Assembly (NCBI GenBank): GCA_038087875.1
Contig: JAXLNO010000161.1
Coordinates: forward strand, 62,001-126,000
Direction: 5' to 3'
Length of the DNA stretch: 64,000 nt
DNA from: Malacoraja senta
Taxonomy: Eukaryota
Shown here piece by piece: positions 23,148 through 35,651 of the stretch (position 1 is its first letter; every line of letters starts with the position of its first letter). The position numbers and the translations under genes were made by a program. The notes under the pieces are model-generated. The model was not told where the DNA came from and made no database searches. It saw nothing but the letters and a program-made list of their open reading frames with translations.

Positions 23148-23637
23148 GAGAGAGGGGGGGAGAGAAGGGGAGAGGAGAGGGTGGAGAGGGGAGAGGAGGA
23201 AAGGAGAGGAGAGGGGAGGAGAGGAGGAGAGGGGAGGAGAGGGTAGGAGAGAAGAGGGGAGGAGAGGAAAGGGGAGGGCAGAGGGGAGGAGAGGAGAGGA
23301 GAGGAGAGGGGAGGAGGAGAGGGGAGGAGAGGAGAGGAGAGGGGAGGAGAGGGAGGAGAGGAGAGGGAGGGGAGAGGGAGGAGAGGAGAGGGAGAGGAGA
23401 GGAGAGGGGAGGTTGAGGAGAGGAGGAGGGGAGGAGAGGAGAGGAGTGGAGTGGAGAGGAGAGGGGAGAGGAGAGGAGGGGAGGGAGGGGAGGAGAGTAG
23501 AGGAGAGGGGAGGGGAGGAGAGGAGAGGAGAGGAGAGGAGAGGAGAGGAGAGGAGAGGAGAGGAGAGGAGAGGAGAGGGGAGGGTGGAGAGGAAATGGTA
23601 GGGGAGGAGGGGAGAGGGGAGGAGAGGAGAGGAGAAG
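23148..23637. repeat. (GGAGA)n pentamer repeat
   Basis: Direct inspection; resumes at 32418-32650. Confidence 0.9.
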
Positions 23638-24167
23638 CAGGGCTGCCAACTCTCACGCTTTCAGCGTGAGAATCACGCCTTGGAGCAAATTCTACCGCCC
23701 TCACGCTCATGACCGAGTTCTCACGCTGAGTTCAGTCCCTGCACAGTTTGTCCCTTTGCGCTGCGTGCCAGGGATCTGCAAGGTCTGCGAAGCGCGTCGG
23801 TTGACGCTGTGAGTGACGTCGCATCTCTTCTCTCTTGGTTGGATGTGCAGCCGCCGGTTGTCAGCAGCTCTATGTGCCGGCTGCGGCCGCTGCAGCCTCG
23901 CTCCCTCCCTCCTTCCTGCCCTTCAACTCACACGGCAGCGCCAGCGCCGCCAATCCACGCTACACCGTGCCGCCAGACTCCCCATTGGGCGGCCGGGGAG
24001 AGAGAGAGAGGGGGGGAAGAGAGCGACGAGAGAGAGAGGGAAAGAAAAAAAGGGGAGGGATGGAAGTAAAGAGAGACAAGGGGAGGAATGTAGAAAGCGG
24101 ATGAAGGAAGGAAAGGAGAGGAGAAAGTGGAGAAAGAGGGAGGGGGGTGCAAAGAGGGGAAGAAAAG

Positions 24168-24695
24168 GTGTGTGTGTGTGTGCGCTTGTGTGTCTGTCTC
24201 CCTGTGTGTCTCCTTGTGTGTGTGTGTGTGTGTGTGTGTGTGTCTCCCTGTGTGTGTGTCTCCCTGTGTGTGTGTCTCCCTGTGTGTGTGTCTCCCTGTG
24301 TGTGTGTCTCCCTGTGTGTGTGTCTCCCTGTGTCTGTGTGTCTCCCTGTGTGTGTGTGTGTCTCCCTGTGTGTGTGTGTGTCTCCCTGTGTGTGTGTGTC
24401 TCGCTGTGCGTGTGTGTTTCCCTGTGTGTGTGTGTCTCCCTGTGTGTGTGTGTCTCCCTGTGTGTGTGTGTGTCTCCCTGTGTGTGTGTCTCCCGTGTTT
24501 GTTGTTTGTCTCCCTATGTGTGTGTGCGTGTCTGTGTGTCTCCCTGTGTGTGTGTCTCCCTGTGTGTATGTGTGTCTGTGTGTGTGTGTGTGTCTCCCCG
24601 TTTGTGTGTCTGTCTGTCTCCCTCTGTGTGTGTGTCTGTCTCCTTGTGTGTGTGTGTGTGTCTTCCTTTGTGTATGTGTCTCCCTGTGTGTCTGT
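24168..24695. repeat. (TG)n-CTCCC minisatellite
   Basis: Repeating gtgtgtgtctccct units. Confidence 0.9.
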
Positions 24696-25438
24696 TGTCA
24701 CATCCTGGCCTTAGACGGGCTGCCAACTTTGAGCGTGAGAGTCACGTATTTCAGCCAATGCTCACGCTGATGACAGAATTCTCACGCTGTCTTCAGATCC
24801 TGCACAGTTTGTCTTTTTTGCGCCACATCACAGCGATCTGTGCAGTCTCGGGAAGCGCGTCAGTTGGCGGCTGTGAGTGACGTCGCATCTCTTCTCTTCT
24901 CGTCTTTCTGGTTGGATGTGCAGCCGCCGACAACATGAAGCAGCCGGAGATAGAACTAACCAGGTGAATTGTTGTAAGACATGGGGGGGGGGACCACAAT
25001 GAGGCCAAACATCTAGGACAGGGTTCGGCAACTACGGCACACGGGTCGAATCCGGCCCGTAACCCGGAAAAACACTTCTTTTTTTTCAATTCGATTTCAC
25101 GGGGTCGGGGCAAGCAAGCCGACCTGAGAACTGCAGCCAGTCCCTGGGAACGCAGAATGCCAACTTGATCATTATGGACAAATTGGGCCAGCCATGTACA
25201 TGTTGTGTAACTCTGACTATATGCAGATCTGAATGGGCTTAGAATGACCATTTTAGCAAAATTGCCCTCACTCTCCCATTTTGATTCTTGAGATTAATAT
25301 CCCTTTGCTCTGTTAACAGCCGTTAAAGTACATGATGTAGAGTCAGGAAAGGGAACATGTTATTTTCTTTTAGTTTGCTTTAATTTGTTAGTTGATTTTT
25401 TGTTGACCGCCATAATTTCTGAAATGGTCTTAATGTAA

Positions 25439-28400
25439 TTTTTTTTGTTTTTTTGCTTTGTTTATTTTATTAGAAGTTAATACAATACAAAACAATACAG
25501 TGGCACCTAATTTTAGGTGCCAACTATATCATAACGTAATGCATTCTATGTACAACCTCTAGTTTTATGTTTTTGAAAAGGAGGTAAAAAATTAAAAAAA
25601 TAAAGAAAAAAATAGAGAAAAGAAAGAGGAAAAATAAAGAGTAGAAAATAGAAAAACGTGAAGGGTGTATATAATAAAAGAAAAAATAGAAAGTAGAAAT
25701 AGTAGAAAAAGGACCCTTAAAAAAGAAATTTTCAAATCTTTGTTTGGAGATGTAAATCTATCACGACCTGACCTGAAATCAGTAATCTTTACGGTACTGC
25801 TGCATCACATGATTCCAAAACGTCGATGAAAGGGGACCAACTCTTAAGAATTGGTCATATTTATCTATTAGGCGGAGTCTCATTTCTTCAAGGTGTGCTA
25901 TGTCCGTCATATTCCTAATGCACATTTAATAGTTGGTATAGCTGTATTTTTCCAAAACTTTAAGTATCAATTTCTTTCCAATTATTAACCCATAATTAAA
26001 GAATACTTTTTGGTCTTTGTTTAAATTGATATCTTCTAATATTATTCCAAATATAATCCATTCCATATTAGGTTCTATTCTTGACTTGAAGAGCTTTGTA
26101 AATATATCAAATATATCGCTCCAAATGTATTCAACTTTGTACATCCTACAAATGAATGTGTTATATTGGCATTTTGAAACAAACATTTATCGCATCTGGG
26201 AGAGACATTTGGGTAAAATTTATTCAACCTCGTTTTTGAATAATATAGTCTTTGTAATAGTTTAAATTGGATTAAATTATGTCTTGCATTAATGGAATAA
26301 TTATGTGTATTCATCAGATACTTTTCCCATCTATCTTTCGGGATCTTTATCATTAGTTCATGTTCCCAATCTTCTCTTAGTGCCTATGTTGAGGGTAATT
26401 CTCTATTTAATATACTATTATAAAAATACGATATTAGTTTTTGTGAATCAGCCTTAATATTCATTGCTTCTTCTAAAGGGTCTAAATATATAGTTTGAAA
26501 TCTATGTATATATTTTCTTCATAAAGTCACATATCTGTATATATTTAAAATATTGATTATCATTCAGTTTAAATTTTAATTGTAATTGTTGAAATGATAA
26601 CAATTTGCCCAGTTCATACATATCTCCTACTTTCCTAATCCCCAATCTATCCCATTGTTTATATGTTTTGTCGATAAGAGATGGTTTGAATGCAGGATTA
26701 TTCAGAATTGGGGTTAATACTGATAGATTATTTAATTTCAAGGATATTTTATTTGTTTCCAAATTCGTATTGTATTGTGCATAATTGGGTTCTTCTTATA
26801 TATTATACTATTCAATTTTATTGGTGAGAACAAGATCGTACCTATATCGTACGGGAAACACTCCTCTTTTCCCATTCTTATCCACTCTGGTGAGTTGAAC
26901 TATCCAACCAGTACATTATGTTCTTAATATGCACTGCCCAGTAGTAATACGTAAAGTTAGGTAGTGATAAACCCCAGCTTCTTTAGGTTTACACAAATGC
27001 TGTCGTTGAATTCTGTGTGCTCTATAATCCCATATAAAATTAGTGATATTAGAATCTAGTTTTTTGAAATATATTTCGGAATATATTTGGGATCGGCTTG
27101 AAACAAATATATTAATTGTGGTAAGAAAGTCATTTTTATAGCGTTAATTCTACCTATCAATGAGAGTGGGAGCGTTTTCCAAAATTTAATCATAACATTC
27201 ATTTTATTTAATAGAGGCATAAAATTGGCGCTAAATAATGATTTGTATCTTCTCGTAATTTGAATACCTAAATACTTGAATTTTTCTGTTGCAATTTTGA
27301 AAGGGAATTTTAATAAGTGTCTCGCATCCTGTGGTTTTAAAGACATGATTTCGCTTTTATTCCAATTTATTCTATATCCTGAAAAAGAGAACCAAATTCC
27401 TCAATTAGTGTTAATAAGGTGGGAATGCTCGTTTGTGTATTAGTAATATATAAAAGAATATCATCAGCATATAATGAAATTTTATTCTTTGAGTCCTTGG
27501 TATTATATCCATGAATATTCGGATGATTTCTAATCCTGAAAGCGTTTATAAAATGCATTACTAAACCATCTGGTCCTGGGGTCTTCCCATTTTCAATGAG
27601 TTTATTATTTGTTTTATTTCTTCACTAGTAATCCGTGCTCCTAATTCCTCTTGTTCTAAACTATCCAATTTAGGGAGGTTGCAAATATCTAAAAAATTTG
27701 TAATTTTATTATCATCTGTATTTATTTAGTTGTGTATAAATTATGATAAAATTGGGCAAACCTTTTATTAATATCCTTTGGTAATGTTAGAAGCTCACCC
27801 TTATCAGATTTAATTTTAGTGATAGTATTTTCCTTTTCTTGTTGCTTCAGTTGCCTCGCTAATAATTTATGTGGCTTATCCCCAAATTCGAAGTGTGCCT
27901 GTTTTGTAATGTGGAATAGTCTTACTACTCTACCCGATAATATTCTATTGAGTTCATATTTCAGTAAGGTTATCTTATTATGTTTATCTATAGTTGGGGT
28001 CACTTGCATTGTCCAGTTCTAGTAATTTTATTTCCTGTTCTATCCTCTGAAGTTCTCTTTTATTTTCTTTATTTTTGATAACTTTGATATGAGATTATAA
28101 CACCACGAATGTATGCCTTAAAGGTTTCCCCATAATAGCGATACAGAAATACCCGGTCGTATCATTTGTCTCGAAAAAAAATGTTTGTTTGTTCTTTTAT
28201 ATACTCATAACCCTGCGGGTTATTTAATATTTGTGCGTTTGAATTTCAAAACAGATTTTATACCCGACATTCCCTCGATTTTAAGTATAAAAAGTCAGTG
28301 GTGAATGATCGGAAAATAATACTATTATGATAAGATGGTTTAATTGTACACGGGATTAATTTTCGTATCCACTAAGAAATAGTCAATTCGTGAATAAGTT

Positions 28401-31095
28401 TTATGAGGCGACGAGTAAAACGAATATTCCCTTCCAATTGGGTTTGCTATTCTCCAAACGTCAGTTATGTTATTATTTTTTATATAAGTATTTAAAAATT
28501 CACAGGTCTTAGTTTTAACTAGACGCTTCCCTACCTTTATTGATTTATCTAAGTATGGGTCTATAACACAATTAAAATCTCCCCCCATTATAATATTTTG
28601 ATAATTATGCTCTGCTATTATATCTAGTATTTTCTTTAAAAATTGGGGATTAGTCAAAATTAGGCGCATAAATATTTATCATAGTTAATGGTGTATTGTA
28701 AATTTCTCCCGTGACTATAACGTATCTTCCCTCTTTATCAGATATAGACTTCTTTAATTTAAAAGGTATACCTTTCCGAATTATAATGACCGTGCCTCTT
28801 GCTTTAGAAGTGAATGAGGAGTAGTAGGTTTGACCTATCCAGTTTGCCCTTAATCTGATCTGCGTTTGTTGTTTCAAATGCGTTTCTTGTAGGAAAGCAA
28901 TATCAATGTTTAATGATTTTAATTGTGCCAGAATTTTACCCCTCTTAATTGGCTCATTCGCACCTCTAATGTTCCAACTACAAAAAGTGAGACCTTCTGG
29001 TGTTTATTCGACTATTATCTTGCATTGGCTATTATTACCAGAATGTATAATTCATGTGATGCAGCCAAGTACCTCGAAATCCCGAGTCCAGGGTTTGTCC
29101 TTCATATTTCTGCACTAGTTTTACATCTCCTGACACTATTAAACATAATTAAGGGAAAAAGAAAAACATAAAATGAAGTGTTCATAAAGATTGTTAAATC
29201 ATACAACGCATAATAGTGAATAAACAAAAAAAGTGAATGTAAGTTATCAAAAAAGCGATATCTTACAAAAAAAGCCACCTATGGTGGCTAAGATTTGTTT
29301 TAAATTGACCTCCGTCGATTGAATTATGCACTGGGCTTTGTCCACCTAGTAAAATATCATCCACATTAGTTGGTTTCCTCCACTTATAACCAAAATTATC
29401 ATGTCAGGTCGATTAATAGCCAAAAAAGTGTTAGTCATGTTAGTATAATACATTAAACCTTTAGCGGTTAATTGAGCTTATTGGGTATATATAATTAATT
29501 AGTTAGTTAGTTATATGCTGTATATCTAAATAATAGATCATATAGTACTAAGACAAAGGCAGACCAACAAGACTGTTATAAATTCAAAAAAAAAAAGTCA
29601 ATAAATCTCAGGGCTGAAAAACTTGGCGCAGAGCCTGCGACCTTGAACATTCCATCTGTTGAGCCTCAGTTTTTTCAATTCAAGATAAAGTTCGGACTAT
29701 GTTATTAAAAAACACATTCTGGCCAAATAAGTATGTCTGAAAACCGTCTAAACAAAGTAAAAAACAAGTTCAGCCGGCGTAGTGTCTCGTTATTCTTTTC
29801 CTTGAATTGTATTTAAAATCTCCAGGGCATATTTGCAAGCTGAATCCGGATCCGTGAATGAACGTTGCTTAGCATTGTAAGTAATTAACATTTTAGCAGG
29901 GTAGATAACTCCGTAACGAACTTCAGAATGTCCTTGTAAGATACTGCTTGCACTTTTAAACTGGCGTCTTTTTGCCAGTATTTCCCGAGGGTAGTCTCTG
30001 TAAAATCTAACAATATTATCAGCGAATGTAAGATTTCTCCATAAGATATCTTCTTTAATATATTTTCAATGTCGAAATGTCTAAGAACTTTACGATAATT
30101 TGACGTGGTGGAGCATTCGCTCCTCTTTGGAAGCGACCAACACGATGAGCCACATCTATCTTTGGTTTTTTCTGGCAGTTTGAAAACATCTTTAAGTAAA
30201 TTAGTGATAAAATCACCCATTTCAGAGCCGTGCTCTGCCCCCTCTTTAACTCCTATTATTCTCAAATTCTGCCTCCTTGACCTGGCTTCCAAATCTTGAC
30301 ATTTCTCATTCAGTTATTCGTCAGCTCCCAATTCGCGTCGTGTTCTTTTTTCCAACCTGTTATTTCCTGGCCCATCTGCTGCATTTCACCCTCCGTCTCT
30401 TCCATCAAATTTTTCCGTCTTTGTTAATTGCTTCAGCCGGGAGTCATGTTTATTGTTATAATCTCTCTGCATTCTTTCCAATTCCTTAGCAGTCCTCGAC
30501 TCCAAATCTTTGAACTGCTGGTTCAGGGATACGTAAAGTTCCTTTAATTCTCCACAGCTAGTGTCAATTTTCTTAGAGAGATTATCCTCCATTGAAGAAA
30601 AATTGTTCTGCATTGTAGAATTCATTTTAGCAAATTGCTTCTGAAGATCTTTAGTAATGTCTGTAGTAATATTAACTCTTACCGATTCTTGCCAGGCTTT
30701 TCATTTCTTTCTCCCTTTCTTTTAACTCTTTTGTTTCAGCTCTTGCAGCCATTTTGACTGTTGGTTGTTGAGATTCCAGCTCTTCCAAACCTTCAAAAGT
30801 AGATTCAGGAGTGGTTTCAAGCTCATCCAGAGATTTTTGGAGCTGGAGCTGGAGACTGATTGGTAGTCTTCTTGGGTCCTCTCTGACCTCTTCCCTTTTT
30901 CATCCGATTTTACCGGTAAAATCGTTTAAAATCCCGATTCCACCGGCACCGTCTGATGACATCAGTACCCACGAGGTTCAGCAATCCCGGTAAGAGTTTT
31001 TAAATCGATCCTGGCGTAGGAACCGAGTTTATACACGATTTGTCGGGAGCAGAGTTCTGTGCAGCTGTCTTACTGCTTCATAGCAGCCACCGGAA
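25439..31095 (-). mobile_element. L1 LINE with both ends, degenerate, with the RT core deleted
   Basis: TSD gtcttaatgtaa at 25427-25438 and 31096-31107; A-rich tail; ORF1 EARSRRQNLRIIG; ORF2 EN SWNIRG..LQETH, GGDFN and YSRIDYF; ISLYADDILLY; Cys-rich C-terminus. Confidence 0.92.
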
Positions 31096-31299
31096 GTCTT
31101 AATGTAACTTAACTGTTATAAAGCAGTAATGTGATTTTTGTCCAAACAATTGGAACTTGCATAAAATGTTTGCATTATTAGCAGGGCTGCCAACTCTCAC
31201 GCATTGAGCGTGAGACTCACGCATTTCACAAAACTCTCATGCTCTCACTCTGTCACAAAATTATATAATGAGAATAGGACCTGTTTTGCTTAACAAATA

Positions 31300-31445
31300 G
31301 TGTAGGAAGGAATTGCAGATGCTGCTTTAAACTGAAGATAGACACTAAAAACTAGAAAAACTCAGCAGGACAGGCAGCATCCCTGGAGAGAAAGAAGTGG
31401 GTGATGTTTTGAGTCGAGACCTTCAGCCTGAAGAGGTTGAAAACC
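31300..31445 (-). mobile_element. Degenerate Penelope pLTR fragment
   Basis: aggaaggaattgcagatgctg...aactcagcaggacaggcagcatc resembles 5890-5965. Confidence 0.65.
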
Positions 31446-31566
31446 AGCCATAAAACACAATGACTGGACATGTGTGTTATCCAACTAAGGGCAGAAATCA
31501 GAATCATGTGTTCATCTTTATTCAAGTGACACCATAATAAATATATTACAGAAAACATAATTCAAT

Positions 31567-31778
31567 GGGGTGGCACGGGTGGCGCCAGTGGTAGAGTTGC
31601 TGCCTTACTACCACATGGGTTTTCATCTGGATATTCCGGTTTCTCCCGTAACCGAAAGAAGTGCAGGTTTGTAGGTTAATTGGCTTCTGTAAATTGTCCC
31701 TGGCGTGATGGATGGAATTAGGTGTATGATAGATTGCTGGTCGGTGTGGACTTTGTGGGCGGAAGGGCCTGTTTCAAT
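31567..31778 (+). mobile_element. V-SINE (HE1-like), internally deleted
   Basis: tRNA-like head ggtggcgccagtggtagagttgctgcc, V-like core and gaagggcctgtttc tail. Confidence 0.7.
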
Positions 31779-31881
31779 ATATATTTTTACATATATATCT
31801 TGATTTCATCGAACCATATATGATTGAATATGTGGCATTATTTTCATCTTGTTTCTATATTCAAAGGGTAAGGTTCAAACC

Positions 31882-32012
31882 GTCTGAAGAAGGATTACGG
31901 CCCGAAACGTTGCCTATTTCCTTCGTTCCATAGATGCTGCCGCACCCGCTGAGTTTCTCCAGCAATTTTGTCTACCTTCGATTCTCCAGCATCTGTAGTT
32001 CCTTCTTGAACA
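31882..32012 (+). mobile_element. Penelope pLTR fragment with hammerhead-like core (31884-31911; stem-II mismatch)
   Basis: CUGAAGA a GGA uuacgg CCC GAAAC GUU followed by the conserved pLTR tail. Confidence 0.75.
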
Positions 32013-32749
32013 AGGTTGATTGATTTATTTGTGCAGAACAGTGATGGAAGTCCGACTTTTGCTTTGTTTCTCTGAGTTTTTCTCTATATATATACATAAC
32101 AGCATGAATATAATCTGATTTCCATATATGAATACAGTCATTCATGTGCTGCACCTGTTGATCAGAGCCTGGCTCTATTGTGGAATGTAATTACGAATGT
32201 AATTTAGCCTAACCGTATTCATACCCAATCCTATTTAAAGCATAAATATTGCATTCAAATGCAAGTTAAAAGACTCGCTACAATATGCACCAGATTGCAC
32301 AATTTCAAGGTGAAAAATGCAAAAGGTCCCTTCCGTTGGAGGGGGAACACCCCCATCCCACCCCCACCCCAGTCGCAATTTCTCACTCTCAACTCTCACC
32401 CAATGTTGGCAGCCCTGGAGAAGAGGAGAGGGAGGAGAGGAGAGGAGAGGAGAGGGGTGGTGGAGGAGAAGAGAGGAGAGGAGAGGAGAGGAGGAGGAGA
32501 GGAGAGGAGAGGAGAGGAGAGGAGAGGAGAGGAGAGGAGAGGAGAGGAGAGGGGAGGGGAGGGGAGGAGATGAGGAGAGGGGAGGGGATGAGAGTGGAGG
32601 GGAGGAGATGAGAGGAGAGGGAGGAGAAGAGAGGAGAGGGGAGCGGAGGTGAGGGGAATTAATTTCAGCAGTGTTTAGTTTAGATTAGCCTTGTTTTACT
32701 AGTTTACTACATTCAGTTCACATTGTTTTACTTCATTTTAATTTAGTTC

Positions 32750-32806
<57 letters not shown>

Positions 32807-32873
32807 GAGATGAGAGAGAGAGAGGGAGAGAGAGGGGGTGGGGAGAGAGATGAGAGCGAGAGAGAGAGAGAGG

Positions 32874-32925
<52 letters not shown>

Positions 32926-32940
32926 GGGGGGAGGGAGGGA

Positions 32941-33150
32941 AAGTCTCATTCGCTTGAGCCTGTGTCTAGATATGTAGGCCTCAAAGTCTCGTTGCCAGCC
33001 TAGTTCTTAGGCTTTGAGCTGTGTCTTGAGTTTCTGGCCTCAGAAGCCTGGTTCTCGGCTAGTTGTTAGGTCCAGAGCCTGGGCCTGGATTAGCGGCATC
33101 TCCCCCATTGCAGGGCAAGTGAGTGGCCAGTTCGAAGGCCTGGGCAAAGG
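32941..33150 (+). repeat. Paralog of the 22740-23148 minisatellite and its unique tail
   Basis: Shared gagcctgg.cctggat.agc.ggcatctccccca.ggcagggcaagtg.gtgg.cagttc.aaggcctggg.aaagg. Confidence 0.8.
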
Positions 33151-33677
33151 AGAGAGGGAGGAGTGAGAGGGAGAGGAGAAGAGAGGAAGAGAGAGAGTGA
33201 GAGAGCGAGAAAGAGGGAGGGGGAGAGAGAGAGGGAGAGAGATAGAGAGAGGGAGAGAGAGAGGGGGGGAGAGGGGAGAGAGAGAGTAGAAGAGAGAGAG
33301 AGGGGGAGAGAGAGAGGGAGAGAGAGGGAGAGAGCGAGAAGAGAGAGGGAGAGAGAGAGGACAGAGAGAGAATGAGAGAGATTGAGGGAGAGAGAGAGAG
33401 AGAGAGAGAGAGGAGAGGGGGGAGGAGAGAGGAGAGAGAGAGAGAGAGAGGAGAGAGAACGAGAGGGAGAGAGAGAGAAGGAGAGAGAGAGGGTGAGAAT
33501 GGGAGGAGAGAGAGAGAAGGAGAGAGAGAGGGAGAGAGGGAGAGAGAGAGAAAAGGAGAGAGGGGGAGAGAGAGCGAGAGAGAGGGAGGAGAGAGGTTCG
33601 GAGAGAGAGAGTGATAGAGAGAGAGATAGAGAGAGAGAGAGTGTACGGATACAGGATAAAGGGAATAACGTTTATTC

Positions 33678-33895
33678 GGGCTCGGTGGGCCGAAGGGCCT
33701 GTTTCCGTGCTGTATCTCTAAACTAAACTAGTGTGTGAACGGGCGACCGCTGGTCGGCACGGACTCGGTGGGCCGAAGGCCTGTTTCCGTGCTGTATCTC
33801 TAAACTAAGCTAGTGTGTGAACGGGCGATCGCTGATCAGCATGGACTCGGTGGGCCGAAAGGCCTGTTTCTGCGCTGTATCTCCAAAGTAAAACG
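33678..33895 (+). repeat. Triplicated SINE/CR1 3' tail (~81-bp unit)
   Basis: ctcggtgggccgaagg(g)cctgtttccgtgctgtatctctaaa occurs three times. Confidence 0.8.
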
Positions 33896-34414
33896 AACGC
33901 AATCACCTCTCATTTTCAGCTTCCAATCTGACCTCAAGATTGAAGGAGTTCTTTGCGCCCTGAGTAAGTTTCGAGGTCTCTCCCCTCCTCTTTCCCTCTC
34001 TCCCCCTCTCTCCCTCCCCCCCTCTACCCCTCTCTCTCTCCCTCTCTCTCCCTCTCTCTCTCTCTCTTTCTCACTCTCTCCGTCCCGAGGTTCTAGGACC
34101 AGAATTCGTCCATTCGGCCCATCGAGTCCACTCTGTCATTCAATCATGGCTGATCGATCTCTCCCTCTCCTCTCCTCCCTTCACCTTTCCTCCTTTCTCC
34201 TCCCTCCCTCTCCTCCCCTCCCCTCTTCCTCCCCTCTCCTCCCCTCTCCTCCCCCTCTCCCCTCCTCTCCTCTTTCTAAGGGTGTAAGACTGCTGTAACT
34301 TCTCCTAAATGTGGATTTGGACAAGAATTGGAATCACCAATTAATTTGTGAAAAACTGGACTGTTGTTTTCCAAATTTCACCTGTTTTCGAAAATCTTTA
34401 AATCATAAGTTGTG

Positions 34415-35522
34415 TAAAGCATAAAATTTAGCGCTCAAAATCCATCTAGTCCTGAACTGGTAATGTGTCTAAGGCCAAAATGCCTTAAAATAGTCTAAAG
34501 CCTAAAATATGGGATCAAAATCCATCTTAGCCTGAACTCGTAATGTCTAAGGCCAACTTGCCTTAAAAGATCTAAAGCCTAAAATTTAGGCCCAAAAAAC
34601 CCATCTAGGCCTGAACTGGTAATGTCTAGGGCCAAAATATAGGCCAAAAAATCCATCTAGTCCTGATCTGGTAATGAAGCGAATGTAATAGGCAACGTTT
34701 CGGGTCGAATCCCTTGTTCAGAATTCTCTCTTTCCCCCTCTCTCTCTCCCCTCTCTCTCTCCCCCTCTCTCTCTCCACCCTCATCTCGTCTCCCACCTCT
34801 CTCTTTCCCTCTCTCTCTCTCTCTCCTCTCTCTCTTCCCCCCCTCTCTCCCTCCCTCCTCTGTCTCCCTCTCTCTTTCTTTCTCTCTCTCGCCCTCACAT
34901 CAGTCTGAAGAAGGGGTCTCGACCTGAAACATTGCCTATTTAATTCGCTCCATTGGTGCTGCCTCACCCGCTGAGTTTCTCCAGCAATTTTGTCTTCCTT
35001 TGATTTTCCAGCACCTGCAGTTCCTTCGTAAACACTGAACTGGTAACGTCTAGGGCCAAGTTGTCTTAAAATAATCTAAAGCCTAATATATAGGCTTTTA
35101 AATCCATATTTGCCTGAACTGGGTAATGTCTAAGGCCAACCTGCCTTAAATGAATCTAAAGCCTAAAATGTAGGCCCAAAAAAACATCTAGGCCTGAACT
35201 GGTAATGTCTTAAGGCCAACTTGTCTTAAATTGATCGAAGCCTAAAATATAGGCCCAACATCCATCTAGTCCTGATCTGGTAATGTCTAGGGCCAAGTTG
35301 TAGTTAAAATAGTCTAAAGCCTAAAATATAGGCTAAAAAAAAATCTCGTCCTGAATTGCTTACTTCTTGGGCCAAGTTATCTTAAAATAGTCTAAAGCCA
35401 AAAAATGTAGGCCCAAAAAATCCATCTAGTCCTGAACTGGTAATGTCTTGGGCCCAGTTGTCTTAAAATATTCTAAACGCCTCAAATATAGGGCCCAAAA
35501 GATCCATCTAGGCCTGAACTGA
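34415..35522. repeat. ~79-bp AT-rich minisatellite, interrupted by a Penelope-derived insertion
   Basis: ccatctag.cctgaactggtaatgtctaaggccaa...ctaaagcctaaaat recurs at 34442, 34522, 34601 and onward. Confidence 0.85.
34675..35034. mobile_element. Inverted pair of Penelope pLTR segments separated by a CT-rich tract
   Basis: Minus-strand hammerhead-like core at 34694-34721 (CUGAACA variant) and plus-strand core from 34905 (CUGAAGA...GAAACAUU). Confidence 0.7.
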
Positions 35523-35566
35523 TTACAGCTAACTTAATGCAGCAACTGGGGATGGAGAGAGAGAGG

Positions 35567-35651
<85 letters not shown>

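Larger units (their letters stand above)
23638..32417. mobile_element. Putative large non-autonomous DNA transposon (13-bp TIR cagggctgccaac), enlarged by nested insertions
   Basis: cagggctgccaac at 23638 and gttggcagccctg ending at 32417; gagaag on both flanks; (GGAGA)n on both sides; subterminal ctcacgc repeats; extra left-end copies at ~24717 and 31182. Confidence 0.55.

Noticed and set aside
23813..24880. Cys/Val-rich 355-aa ORF
   Set aside because: Translation of the (TG)n-CTCCC minisatellite.
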